Notes: generated from the letters alone by a model not told the origin. A DNA stretch of 64,000 nt from Thermoanaerobaculia bacterium (GCA_036493875.1 DASXPB010000054.1:5764-69763), one strand, 5' to 3'. Positions 45,287-54,369 are shown, numbered from the stretch's first letter. Numbers and translations: made by a program.

Positions 45287-45349
45287 GGAGGAGCCTCCTC
45301 CCTCGTCCTACGACGGCGGGAACCGAAGGTTTGGGCGACGGGTCGCGCG

Positions 45350-45589
45350 TCAGGGCCCTTCGATCTCGTCCTTCGGCAAGAATGCCTCGCAGCGGACGAC
45401 CGGCTGAGGCGGGTACCGCTTGAGGATCGGGCAGCGGATGAACGTCGAGCGCGCGGTGCGGATGTATTGCGGCGGGGCCGCGCAGCGATGGCAGAGGCTG
45501 TCGGGAAAAGGTAGGGCTCGTCCGTCGGCTTCGTTCGGGTCCCCGCCCGGGGACCCCTGTGGCAGCGGAGAGTCGTCGTCCCGTTTCAT
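45350..45589 (-). CDS. hypothetical small Cys-containing protein
   Basis: 79 aa from ATG 45589 (the track TTG 45604 is an alternative). Four Cys residues: CHRC...C...C. No family recognised. Coding status is uncertain. Confidence 0.35.
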   Translation of the reverse strand: MKRDDDSPLPQGSPGGDPNEADGRALPFPDSLCHRCAAPPQYIRTARSTFIRCPILKRYPPQPVVRCEAFLPKDEIEGP

Positions 45590-45681
45590 CCGGCAAAGGT
45601 ACAAAGGTAGCCCAACCGGGGGGAGGCCTTGCGCGTAACCCCCGCTCCCTCGGCGCGTCTCCAGCTGGAGGGAGATCCCCG

Positions 45682-46197
45682 ATGCCGTTCCTGCTGGACG
45701 CCGGATCCGCGCGCACGCTCTTCGCCTACAACGCCTGGGCGAATCGCCTCCTGCTCGAGGCGGCGGGGGAGCTGCCGCCGGAGGAGCTCGGCCGGGACCT
45801 CGACGGGAGCTTCGGGTCGATCCTGGGAACGCTGCGGCACCTGCTCTGGGGAGAGCGCGCCTGGTTCGGGTTCTGGACGCAGGGCGCGTTCAGCCCCGCG
45901 CTGACTCCGCAGGATTACCCGGACCTTTCTTCGGTCGAGGCGGCTTGGGCCGCGCTCGAGCGGGAGCAGGACTCCTTCGCCCGGGAGCTCACGGACGAGA
46001 AGCTGGCGGCGGACTGTGCCGTCGCCGAGAACGACTACGTGCTCGGCGAGCTCATCCAGCACGAGATGAACCACTCGACCCACCATCGCGGCCAGGTCGT
46101 CCTCATGCTGCGCCAGCTCGGCCACACGCCCCCCGGCACCGGCTTCCGGCAGTTCCTGACGGCGAACCGAAGCCGCGAGAGCCTCGCCCGGGTCTGA
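45682..46197 (+). CDS. DinB-family protein
   Basis: ATG 45682 follows GGAGGGAG. Motifs: FAYNAWANRLLLEAA, LGTLRHLLWGERAW, HEMNHSTHHRGQVVLMLRQLG. Confidence 0.8.
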   Translation: MPFLLDAGSARTLFAYNAWANRLLLEAAGELPPEELGRDLDGSFGSILGTLRHLLWGERAWFGFWTQGAFSPALTPQDYPDLSSVEAAWAALEREQDSFARELTDEKLAADCAVAENDYVLGELIQHEMNHSTHHRGQVVLMLRQLGHTPPGTGFRQFLTANRSRESLARV

Positions 46198-46205
46198 CGG
46201 GTGGC

Positions 46206-46661
46206 CTAGCGTCCGCCGGCGCCCTTGCTCTCCACGGAGCCTTTCTCGAAGAGCCTCTTGGTGAGGAGCACGACGCCCAGGACCTGCACCCACTCCGAGA
46301 GGACGTTGCCGACGACCTGACCCCACCGCGACGTCGGATCGAGCCGCAGGTAGAGGACGAGCCAGCCGATCCCGGTCGCGACGAGGACCAGCGTGAGCGA
46401 GTGCCTCTCGAGTAACCGCGCGACGCGTCCGCCGTGCTCGTGGACCGGCTTGCTCTCGCGGGAGCCGCGCTCGAAGAGGAACTTGGTCCCGACGACCATC
46501 ATCACGACGCCGGTCCAGTCCGCCGCCGCGTTGCCGAAGAACGCGCCCGCGTGCGTCTCGGGATCCGAGCGGCTGTAGAGAACGACCCAGAGGATCAGGA
46601 ATCCCGCGGCGACGAGCGAGAGCGAGTGCTCGCGGAAGAACCCGACCTTCTTCCGGCGCAT
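46206..46661 (-). CDS. hypothetical membrane protein built from two homologous halves
   Basis: 151 aa. Both halves follow the pattern EHSL(S/T)LV...W.VLY.R.DP...G(N)...W..V....V.TK.LFE(R/K)GS.ESK. Confidence 0.55.
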   Translation of the reverse strand: MRRKKVGFFREHSLSLVAAGFLILWVVLYSRSDPETHAGAFFGNAAADWTGVVMMVVGTKFLFERGSRESKPVHEHGGRVARLLERHSLTLVLVATGIGWLVLYLRLDPTSRWGQVVGNVLSEWVQVLGVVLLTKRLFEKGSVESKGAGGR

Positions 46662-46674
46662 GGTCGGGATCCCG

Positions 46675-47058
46675 TCAGTGCTGGCTGCAGAGCTTCGCGC
46701 GTCCGCCCAGGTCGGTGTGGTACTCGTAGGTCGCGTCGCTCACGCGCAGCACCACGCGGTAGCCCGGCGTCAGGACCTGCGCGCAGTTTTCCCCGGTCTG
46801 GGGACAGCCGAGGCACGAATCGTTCCAGGTCGTCTCGTCCTGCGACACACCGGCGATCGAGTCGACGGGCGCGTTGACCTGACGGCTGAGCTCGTTCGCG
46901 GCCGCCCGGAACGCCGTCTTCCGCGCGTCGGGGCTCGCGGTCGAGCTCGACCCGGGTGGCGGCGACGACGCCGGCGGCGGGGACGGCTGGGAGCTGCACG
47001 CCGCCAGGAGACCGACCGCGAGGAACACCGAGCCGTAGAGAGTCGCCGTGGATCGCAT
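46675..47058 (-). CDS. hypothetical lipoprotein
   Basis: GGAGGAGTGC is upstream. Signal with lipobox-like LLAAC, then a Ser/Pro-rich linker. 127 aa. Confidence 0.55.
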   Translation of the reverse strand: MRSTATLYGSVFLAVGLLAACSSQPSPPPASSPPPGSSSTASPDARKTAFRAAANELSRQVNAPVDSIAGVSQDETTWNDSCLGCPQTGENCAQVLTPGYRVVLRVSDATYEYHTDLGGRAKLCSQH

Positions 47059-47155
47059 CGCACTCCTCCGCGCATTGGCGGTGCAAGAGGAGTGCCCAGC
47101 GGGGTTCTAGGAGGGCGGCTCTACCTCAGGGTCGGACGCGGACCAACTCGATGGA

Positions 47156-47869
47156 CTAGGCCGGCGTCGGCGCGGCGCGAGGCCTCCGCGCGCCCCAGAT
47201 CAGGAGCCAGAAGATGATCGGAAGCTCGAGCGCGGTGAGCTTCGTGACCGGCGCGAGCAGGTCCGCGTAACGCGGAACGACGAGCGAGGACGCCGAGCTC
47301 GCGAGGTAGCCGAAGGCCGCGATCATCAGGAGGACACCCAGGAAGCGCGGGATGAAGCCAGAGCGGATCACGCAGATCCCGAACGGGAAGAGCCAGAGTC
47401 CCCAGAAGACCTCCGCGACGGAGTAACCCTTCGCGTGAAGGTGAAGGCAGAGGGAGGCCAGCGCGTCGCGCTGATGCGCGTCGAGGGCAGAGAGGGAGCC
47501 GCTGATCCCGGAGCCGCCTCCCGCAAGGTCGAGCGCGGCCACCTCCGGAAGGACTCCAATGAACGTGATCGGGATCGAGATCAGGATGAGAACCATCATC
47601 GCGAGCGCGTGCGGTTCGCTCACCGGTTGGAAGAGTCGGTAGAGGACGAGCGCGACGAAGACGAAGATCGAGAAGCCGGCGATCTCGGAGGCGATGCCGA
47701 GCCGGAGCAGGCCCGCGGAGGCACGGAGGCGGTCGGCCGTCGCGGCCGCGTCCCCCTCGACGATCAGCTTGCCGGGGACGTAGAGCAGCGCGGGTGCGCC
47801 GACGAGGCTGCTCAGCAGGTAGAGCAGGCCGGCGAGCCGGGCGGTCTTCTTCGTCTCGGCGAGGTCCAT
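47156..47869 (-). CDS. DUF4386-like membrane protein
   Basis: Internal ATG 47869 of track ORF 47156..48190 (in frame). TARLAGLLYLLSSLVGAPALLYVPGKLIV.GDAAATADRL pattern. About six helices. Confidence 0.65.
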   Translation of the reverse strand: MDLAETKKTARLAGLLYLLSSLVGAPALLYVPGKLIVEGDAAATADRLRASAGLLRLGIASEIAGFSIFVFVALVLYRLFQPVSEPHALAMMVLILISIPITFIGVLPEVAALDLAGGGSGISGSLSALDAHQRDALASLCLHLHAKGYSVAEVFWGLWLFPFGICVIRSGFIPRFLGVLLMIAAFGYLASSASSLVVPRYADLLAPVTKLTALELPIIFWLLIWGARRPRAAPTPA

Positions 47870-48041
47870 CTTCGCAGTCTGAATACGCAAGCGCGACAGG
47901 TGTGTTCCGGCGAGGACAACAGGAGCCGCCGAGGCCTTCCCCTTGGGGCAACCGTCTTGCGGGCCTCGGGCGACCGAGCATAGGCTCAGCGCCGGTAAAC
48001 GAGGACGAGTGGGTAGGCTGGCTGGAGGCAGGGAGCTTTCT

Positions 48042-49493
48042 TTGGCTCGGACGACGAAAACGCTCGGAATCTCGCGCCGATTCTTCCGCGGCCTCGTCGC
48101 GGTGGCTTGCATCGGCCTCCTCGCCGTCGAAGACGCCGCCCTTCTTGCCCAGGAACCGACTCCGGCCCCCGCGGCGCCTGCCCAGGTCAAGCTCTCGGCG
48201 GATCAGCTCGACTCGCTGGTCGCACCGATCGCGCTCTACCCCGATCCACTGCTCGCACAGACGCTCGCGGCGTCGACCTATCCGCTCGAGGTCGTCCAGC
48301 TTCAGCAGTGGATGGCGAAGAACTCGACTCTCAAGGACAAGGCCCTCGCGGATGCCGTCGCCAAGCAGGACTGGGATCCGTCGGTCCAGTCGATGGCGGC
48401 CTTCCCCGACGTGGTGAAGCGACTCGGGGACGACATCGGCTGGACGAACGATCTCGGCAACGCGTTCCTCGCTCAGCAGTCCGACGTCATGGACGCCGTG
48501 CAGCGGATGCGGAAGAAGGCCAAGGACAAGGGCACTCTCGCGACGACCGAGCAGCAGAAGGTCGATACGGAGGTCGTCGACCAGACCAACACGGTGACGC
48601 ACGTCGTCGAGAAGAAGGAAGTCATCGTCATCCAGCCTTCGAGCCCCGATGTCATCTACGTTCCCTCCTACGATCCGGTGATCGTCTACGGTCCGCCGAT
48701 CTATCCCTATCCGCCGCTGTATTACCCGTACTACCCGTACGGCGGCGCGTTCCTCGCGTTCGGTTGGGGCGTCGCGATGGGCGCGTTCTGGGGAGGAGTC
48801 TGGGGCGGCTGCGGCTGGGGCAACAACACGATCAACATCAACAACAACAACAACTTCAACCGGGTCGAGCATCGCGGGGAGGGGAACCGGGGCGGCGATC
48901 GCGGTCAGGGAAATCGCGGCGATCGCGGTCAGGGAAATCGCGGCGGAGATCGAGGACAGGGAAATCGCGGCGGAGACCGCGGCGGGAACTGGAGCCACAA
49001 CCCCTCACACCGCGGCGGCGCGCCCTATGGCGATCGCGCGACCGCCAACAAGTTCGGCGGCAACGCGCGCGGCGACTCGCTCTCGAGCCGGCAGGCGGGC
49101 GCGCGCCAGCAGATCTCGCGTTCCGGCGGCAACATCGGCAGCGCGGCCGATCGCCCGGGCGCCGGAGGCCGTGGAGGCGCAGGCGCTTCGAATCGTGCTG
49201 CAGGTGGCGCCGGCGGCGCCGGTGCGGGTGCGGGAAATCGCGGCGGACTCTCCGACCGCTCGGCCGGCGGCGCGAGAGGCGGGTCGAACCCGGGATCCTT
49301 CAACCGAAGCGGAAGCGGCGACCGGATCGGAAGCCGGGATCTCAGCAGCGGCAGCCGCTCCCGAGGCGCGAGCGGATTCGGCGGTGGCTCCTCCGGCGGA
49401 TTCAGCGGCAGCGGGGCCCGCTCCAGCAGCTCGCGCGGGGCGTCGAGCTTCGGCGGAGGCCGGGGCGGCGGCGGCGGCGGACGAAGGAGATGA
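48042..49493 (+). CDS. DUF3300-family secreted protein with a Gly/Arg/Asn-rich low-complexity C-terminus
   Basis: QLDSLVAPIALYPDPLLAQTLAASTYPLEVVQLQQW is the DUF3300 signature. TTG 48042 gives a good signal peptide and follows GGGAG. The track start is TTG 47943. Confidence 0.75.
   Translation: MARTTKTLGISRRFFRGLVAVACIGLLAVEDAALLAQEPTPAPAAPAQVKLSADQLDSLVAPIALYPDPLLAQTLAASTYPLEVVQLQQWMAKNSTLKDKALADAVAKQDWDPSVQSMAAFPDVVKRLGDDIGWTNDLGNAFLAQQSDVMDAVQRMRKKAKDKGTLATTEQQKVDTEVVDQTNTVTHVVEKKEVIVIQPSSPDVIYVPSYDPVIVYGPPIYPYPPLYYPYYPYGGAFLAFGWGVAMGAFWGGVWGGCGWGNNTININNNNNFNRVEHRGEGNRGGDRGQGNRGDRGQGNRGGDRGQGNRGGDRGGNWSHNPSHRGGAPYGDRATANKFGGNARGDSLSSRQAGARQQISRSGGNIGSAADRPGAGGRGGAGASNRAAGGAGGAGAGAGNRGGLSDRSAGGARGGSNPGSFNRSGSGDRIGSRDLSSGSRSRGASGFGGGSSGGFSGSGARSSSSRGASSFGGGRGGGGGGRRR
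48894..48986 (+). repeat. coding tandem repeat (24-27 nt units) inside the DUF3300 gene
   Basis: ggcgatcgcggtcagggaaatcgc occurs twice exactly (48894-48917 and 48918-48941), followed by diverged 27-nt and partial units. It encodes GDRGQGNR repeats. Confidence 0.85.
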
Positions 49494-50440
49494 GCGCGAT
49501 GCCGATGCGACACTCGAGCACCGGACGACTCCTCGCTCTCGCTCTGCTCTTCTGCGCCTCCACCGTGGCTCTCGCCGCGCCGCCGCCGCAGGGAGCAAAG
49601 CAGAAGACCTTCGCGACGCCCAGGGCCGCGGCCGACGCGCTCGTCGCCGCCGCCGCGCCATACGACGTTCCGGCCCTGCTGGCGATCCTCGGGCCGGGCG
49701 GCGAGGATCTCGTGTCCAGCAACGACGCCGTGCTGGACAAGAACATCGCGACGGAGTTCGCGGCCCAGGCGAAGACGAAGCTCGCCGTCGACGTCGACCC
49801 GAAGGACCCGAACAGGGCCACTCTGGTCGTGGGCGCGGACGACTGGCCCATGCCCATTCCGCTCGTCCGGAAGGACGGGGCCTGGAGCTTCGACACCGAG
49901 GCCGGGCACCACGAGATCCTCCTGCGGCGCATCGGACGCAACGAGCTCGACGCGATCGAGGTCTGCCACGGCTACGTCGAGGCGCAGGAGGAATACGCCT
50001 CCGAACCGCGCGGCGGCGCGACCGGCGTCCAGTACGCCCAGCGCGTCATCGGCAGTCCCGAGAAGCACGACGGCCTCGCCTGGCGCGATGCCGACGGCGT
50101 CTGGCGCGGACCGATCGGCGAGAAGATCGCGGGCGCGATCGCCGAGGGGTATTCCAGCAAGCTGGAGCCCTACCGCGGCTACTACTTCAAGATCCTCACG
50201 CGCCAGGGACCCCACGCGCCGCTCGGGCAGCTCGACTACGTCGTCAAGGGGATGATGATCGGCGGCTTCGCCCTCGTCGCTGCGCCCGCGGAATACAGGG
50301 TGACGGGCGTGAAGACCTTCATCGTGAGCAACGACGGGGTCGTCTACGAGAAGGATCTCGGGCCGAAGACGCTCGAGGCCTTCGCGACGATGGAGCAGTT
50401 CGACCCGGATCCGAGCTGGAGCCCGGTCGAGGATCACTGA
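49490..50440 (+). CDS. DUF2950-family secreted protein
   Basis: The ATG overlaps the DUF3300 stop (ATGA). Signal peptide LLALALLFCASTVALAAP. Body motifs: AILGPGGEDLVSS, WPMPIPLVRKDGAWSFD, GYYFKILT.QG, GGFALVAAPAEY. Confidence 0.7.
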   Translation: MSAMPMRHSSTGRLLALALLFCASTVALAAPPPQGAKQKTFATPRAAADALVAAAAPYDVPALLAILGPGGEDLVSSNDAVLDKNIATEFAAQAKTKLAVDVDPKDPNRATLVVGADDWPMPIPLVRKDGAWSFDTEAGHHEILLRRIGRNELDAIEVCHGYVEAQEEYASEPRGGATGVQYAQRVIGSPEKHDGLAWRDADGVWRGPIGEKIAGAIAEGYSSKLEPYRGYYFKILTRQGPHAPLGQLDYVVKGMMIGGFALVAAPAEYRVTGVKTFIVSNDGVVYEKDLGPKTLEAFATMEQFDPDPSWSPVEDH

Positions 50441-50444
50441 TCCG

Positions 50445-50486
50445 CTCCCTCGCCCCGCGCGAGCGGGGAGAGGTTGGGGTGAGGGG
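50445..50486. repeat. GC-rich palindromic repeat, family 2
   Basis: ctccctcgccccgcgcgagcggggagaggttggggtgagggg parallels 1681-1723 (tccctcgcccc..ggggagaggg...gggtgagggg). It lies between convergent stops. Confidence 0.65.
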
Positions 50487-50516
50487 TCTCCGAAGGCGCG
50501 GCTACCGGAGGATCGC

Positions 50517-51671
50517 CTACGGCCTCGCCAGCCGCCAGAACTGCGTCTCGTTCAGCAGGACGATGCGGTGCCCCTTCTCGCGCAGCCGCTTGATCTCGAT
50601 GAGTTTTCTCCCCGCGTCGCGGCCGGCGGCCTGGAGCGGATTCGGGCGGCCGCGGACGACGACGGTCGTCTTGGCGGACGGCGAGCCGTGCACGGTCGCC
50701 CCCGCCTTCCGCGCGGCGCGGGCCGCCTCGCTGCGCTTGCGCGTCAGGATACCGGTGAAGGCGAGGTGCGCGCCCTTCAGCGTCCGGAGCCTCCCGACCC
50801 TGAGCGGCGCGGGGGGATGCGTCAGCGCCTCGATCAGCTCCCGCGCGCTCTCGTAGCGCTTCCCGCGCTCTCCGATGCAGCGATAGACGATCTCCTTCAA
50901 GTGGTCGGTGCAGCGGAAGCGACGGACCTCGCCGGGACGGATCCGGGCCTTCGCGGTCCCCTTGAGGAGCATCGCGATGAGCTGTCCGACCTGGTAGACG
51001 TCGTCGCGCGCCTGCCACTTGGGCGCGGCGGCCTCGCGGATCTCGCTCGGCACTCCCCACGGGTTCAGCGTGCGGGTCTTGATCCCGCGGCGGTCGCTCT
51101 GGTGCCTCACGATGCCGAAGTCGCCCAGCTTCAGGCTGCCGTCGTCGCAGACGAAGACGTTCATCGGCGTCAGGTCGCGGTGGAGCATCTGGCCGCGGTG
51201 GAGGCTTCCGAGGACCTGGAGGATCCCGGCGATCTCGCGCCGCGCCGTCTTCTCCGCCCAGCCCTTCCCGGTGCGCTGGAGGAACGCGCGGAGGTCCCCG
51301 TGTCTCGCGTACTCGAGGGCGAGGCAGTAGAGGACGCTGCCGTCCTCGCGCGTCAGCGGAAACGCGTCGTAGACGCGGATCGCGCGCGCATTGCCCTCGA
51401 GGATCCGTCCGAAGTAGGCCTCCCGCAGCCAGCCGTCGAGGTGCTCGCTCGCCTTGAGCGCGACGATGCGCGGGATCCCGCGCGCGCGCTCGAGCCGCGT
51501 CGCGAGGTACGCCTGACCGAAGCCACCCTGGCCGAGCAGGCTGTCGACGCGATACCGGAGCCGCGTCGCGGGGCTAGTCACGACCTGCTGCGGAAGCAGC
51601 AGCGCCTTCCCCCGCGCCGAGCGCGAGGCCGCGGAGAAGGGGAGCGTCGTGGCGCGCGTGGTCGCGGTCAT
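50517..51671 (-). CDS. divergent protein kinase fused to a C-terminal BRCT domain
   Basis: 384 aa. Kinase motifs: LGQGGFGQAY, VALK, HRDLTPMNVFV, LGDFG. The C-terminal region LKGAHLAFTGILTRKRSEAARAARKAGATVHGSPSAKTTVVVRG...GHRIVLLNETQFWRL follows the BRCT pattern. Confidence 0.75.
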   Translation of the reverse strand: MTATTRATTLPFSAASRSARGKALLLPQQVVTSPATRLRYRVDSLLGQGGFGQAYLATRLERARGIPRIVALKASEHLDGWLREAYFGRILEGNARAIRVYDAFPLTREDGSVLYCLALEYARHGDLRAFLQRTGKGWAEKTARREIAGILQVLGSLHRGQMLHRDLTPMNVFVCDDGSLKLGDFGIVRHQSDRRGIKTRTLNPWGVPSEIREAAAPKWQARDDVYQVGQLIAMLLKGTAKARIRPGEVRRFRCTDHLKEIVYRCIGERGKRYESARELIEALTHPPAPLRVGRLRTLKGAHLAFTGILTRKRSEAARAARKAGATVHGSPSAKTTVVVRGRPNPLQAAGRDAGRKLIEIKRLREKGHRIVLLNETQFWRLARP

Positions 51672-51714
51672 GGGAGTCGAGAAGCGAGTCTAACGAAGAG
51701 CCGACCGGCGGCCG

Positions 51715-54369
51715 CTACTTCTGTGCGACGAGCTTCTGGTAACGGGGGCTCGAGTGGAGGGGAGCCCAGAAGGGGTTGATCGAGATCCAGGCGGCCGAGA
51801 TGTTGCACGGGACCTTGAGGAGCGACTCGAGCTGGTCGATCGCCTTGTCCGGTTCGCCGACGAGGGCGTAGATCCGGGCCAGCTGGATCGCATTGTAGGC
51901 GCCGGATTCGCTGCTCTTCGAAATGGGCGACAACTCGACGCCTCGAAGGCCTTCTCGCACCGCTTCCTCTCTTCGGCTGAGATAGGCGAGGGACAGGCCG
52001 AGCAGCGAATGCTGCTGGCTGTTGTCGGGCGTGCCCCGAAGCTGCTCCTCGTAGGCCGCGCGAGCCTCCTCGGCGTAGCGCCGGGTGTTCATCGCGTCGC
52101 CGCCCAGCGCGTAGGCCTCCGTGAGGCAGAGAGCCCAGGACCCCCTATCGTCGTCGAAGGAGCTCGGCGTCAAGCGAACGAGCAGCTCGCGCTGCTTCTC
52201 GTCCAGCACCCACACCAGGTCCTCATAGGTCGCGAGATAAGCCACGAGCTCGGTGGGGCCCACCTGGGTCGAGGCCGCTTGGACGACCTCGCGCGCGGAC
52301 TTCAGGTTCCCCTCGCCGAGATAGCTCATGGTCTTTCCCTCGATGGAGGCGAGGTTCGAGGGAGCGAGCGCGAGCGCGCGGTCGAGGACTTCCCGCGCCT
52401 CCGCAAAGCGCCTGAGCCGAACGAGCATGTCGCCAAGCCGCCGGAGTGGAACCACCGACCGCGGATCCAGGCGCGCGGCCTGCTTGAGGTGGTCGACGGC
52501 CGCGTCCCAGCGCCCGAGCGCTCCCTCGGCCAGTCCAATCCCGACGAGGACGTCGGCGCTCGGCGTGCCCAGGCTCTGACCCTTCGCGTATTGCTGGAGC
52601 GCGGCCTCGAAGTCGGCTTTCACCATGCGCTGGTAGTCGCCGAGCGCCTGGTAGCCCTCGGGCCGCCTGGGCGCGAGCGCGACGGTCTTCTCGGCGGCCT
52701 GCTTCGCGGTCGTGTCGAGCGCCTGGCTGGGAAGCCCCCAGTAATAGAGGGCCGAGTTGACGGTGGAGACCCGCGCCCAACCCTGCACGAAGCCGGGATC
52801 CAGCGCCACGGCCTGCTCGTAGAAGCCGAGTGCCTTGCGCAGGCTCAGGGGATCGCTGTTGGACATCCCCGCAGAGGCCGCCTCGCCCTTCAGGAACGCG
52901 TCGTAGGCGGCGAGGTTCTCCGTCGGCTTCTCGGCCAGCCGCTGCTCCTCGCCGCTTCCGAGCGCCCCGCCGAGTGCCTGCGCGACCTTGGTCGCGATGT
53001 CGGACTGCACCTGGAACACGTCCGTGATCGCGGCGTCGAATGACTGCTGCCACCGCGACGCGGGCGCGCTGGATTCGCGCACCTCGACGAGCTCGGGCCG
53101 GACCTGAACGCGGCTGCCGCCGGCGCCCTTCTGCCAGCGCACGGTGGCCGTAAGGAGGTAGTGGGCGTCGAGCTCCTTCGCAATCTCCTGGGGCGTCTTC
53201 GTCGATTTCTTGTAGGGCGTGGAGCTGCCGCGCGCGATCACCTCGAGCCCCTTGACGGCCGTGAGCTTGCCCCGCACCTCGTCCGCGATGCCGTCGGCGA
53301 AGTAGTCGTCCTCGGGAGCGCCCAGGTTCTCGAAGGGCAGGACGGCTAGCCGCTTGACGCCTCCCGCGGCGACTCCGGCGTCCGCGGAACCATGCGGGCG
53401 CCGGGCGAGGAGGATGCCGATCGCGGCGGCGGCGATCACGAGCGCGGCGACGATGATCCGAGCCTTCCCACGCCGGCCGGAAGCCGAAGCCTGCGCCCCG
53501 GTCGCGGCCCCCGGCCCCGATGCCTCGTTGAGCGCGAAGGCGACGTCCTTGGCCGACTGGAACCGGTTCGACGGCTCCTTCTCGAGGCAGTGCCGGACGA
53601 TGTGATCGAGCGCCGGCGGGACGCTACGGCCCGAGCCCGTCAGCTCCGGCGCTTCCTCCTTCAGGATCGCCGCGATCGTGTCGCTCGCCGTGTTCCGCTT
53701 GAACGCCTTCTTTCCCGAGAGGAGCTCGTAGAGGACGGCGCCCAGGGAGAAGATGTCCGAGCGAGGATCGACGGGCAGCCCGCGCACCTGCTCCGGCGAC
53801 ATGTAGCCCATCGTGCCGAGCACGGTGCCGGGCTCGGTATGGCCCGAGCCCGTCGGCGCGCTCGACTGGTCCTTCTGGGCCGGCGCCTCCACCTTCTTCG
53901 CCAGGCCGAAGTCGAGAATCTTGACGTGACCCGCCAGCGTCACGAAGACGTTCTCGGGCTTCAGGTCGCGATGGACGATGCCCCGCTCGTGCGCGGCGGA
54001 TAGCCCTCTCGCGATCTGGAGGCCCCAGTCGACGGCCTGTCTCTGCGGGATCGCGACGCCGCCGTCGAGCCGCCCGCGCAGCGACTCGCCCTCGAGGAGC
54101 TCCGTGACCGCATAGGCGACGCCGTCATGGCGGCCGAAGTCGAAGATCGCGAGGATGTTCGGGTGCGACAGCGCCGCGACGGCCTTCGCCTCGCGCTCGA
54201 AGCGCGCCAGCGAATCGGAGTCGTTGGCGACCGAGTCCGGCAGGACCTTGATGGCGACGTCGCGGTCCAGCTTGGAGTCGCGCGCCCGATACACCTCTCC
54301 CATTCCGCCCGCACCCAGGGGTGCGAGGATCTCGTACGTTCCGAGTCTGGTGCCTGCCGCGAGTGCCAA
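51715..54369 (-). CDS. Ser/Thr protein kinase with a TM helix, TolB_N-like segment and TPR array
   Basis: 884 aa with a TTG start. Kinase motifs: [44 protein letters not shown] helix IIVAALVIAAAAIGILLA. Then LAVLPFENLG...YFADGIADEV and TPRs. Confidence 0.9.
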   Translation of the reverse strand: MALAAGTRLGTYEILAPLGAGGMGEVYRARDSKLDRDVAIKVLPDSVANDSDSLARFEREAKAVAALSHPNILAIFDFGRHDGVAYAVTELLEGESLRGRLDGGVAIPQRQAVDWGLQIARGLSAAHERGIVHRDLKPENVFVTLAGHVKILDFGLAKKVEAPAQKDQSSAPTGSGHTEPGTVLGTMGYMSPEQVRGLPVDPRSDIFSLGAVLYELLSGKKAFKRNTASDTIAAILKEEAPELTGSGRSVPPALDHIVRHCLEKEPSNRFQSAKDVAFALNEASGPGAATGAQASASGRRGKARIIVAALVIAAAAIGILLARRPHGSADAGVAAGGVKRLAVLPFENLGAPEDDYFADGIADEVRGKLTAVKGLEVIARGSSTPYKKSTKTPQEIAKELDAHYLLTATVRWQKGAGGSRVQVRPELVEVRESSAPASRWQQSFDAAITDVFQVQSDIATKVAQALGGALGSGEEQRLAEKPTENLAAYDAFLKGEAASAGMSNSDPLSLRKALGFYEQAVALDPGFVQGWARVSTVNSALYYWGLPSQALDTTAKQAAEKTVALAPRRPEGYQALGDYQRMVKADFEAALQQYAKGQSLGTPSADVLVGIGLAEGALGRWDAAVDHLKQAARLDPRSVVPLRRLGDMLVRLRRFAEAREVLDRALALAPSNLASIEGKTMSYLGEGNLKSAREVVQAASTQVGPTELVAYLATYEDLVWVLDEKQRELLVRLTPSSFDDDRGSWALCLTEAYALGGDAMNTRRYAEEARAAYEEQLRGTPDNSQQHSLLGLSLAYLSRREEAVREGLRGVELSPISKSSESGAYNAIQLARIYALVGEPDKAIDQLESLLKVPCNISAAWISINPFWAPLHSSPRYQKLVAQK

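Noticed and set aside
47060-47096. 9-bp hairpin (gcactcctc ... gaggagtgc) considered as a terminator for the DUF4386 gene
   Set aside because: One arm is the Shine-Dalgarno sequence (GGAGGAGTGC) of the downstream lipoprotein gene, and no U-tract follows. There is not enough evidence to call a terminator.
48894-48986. Tandem direct repeats considered as a possible CRISPR or minisatellite array
   Set aside because: The units are contiguous with no spacers, are 24-27 nt long, stay in frame inside a gene and encode a GDRGQGNR peptide repeat. No cas genes are in the window.
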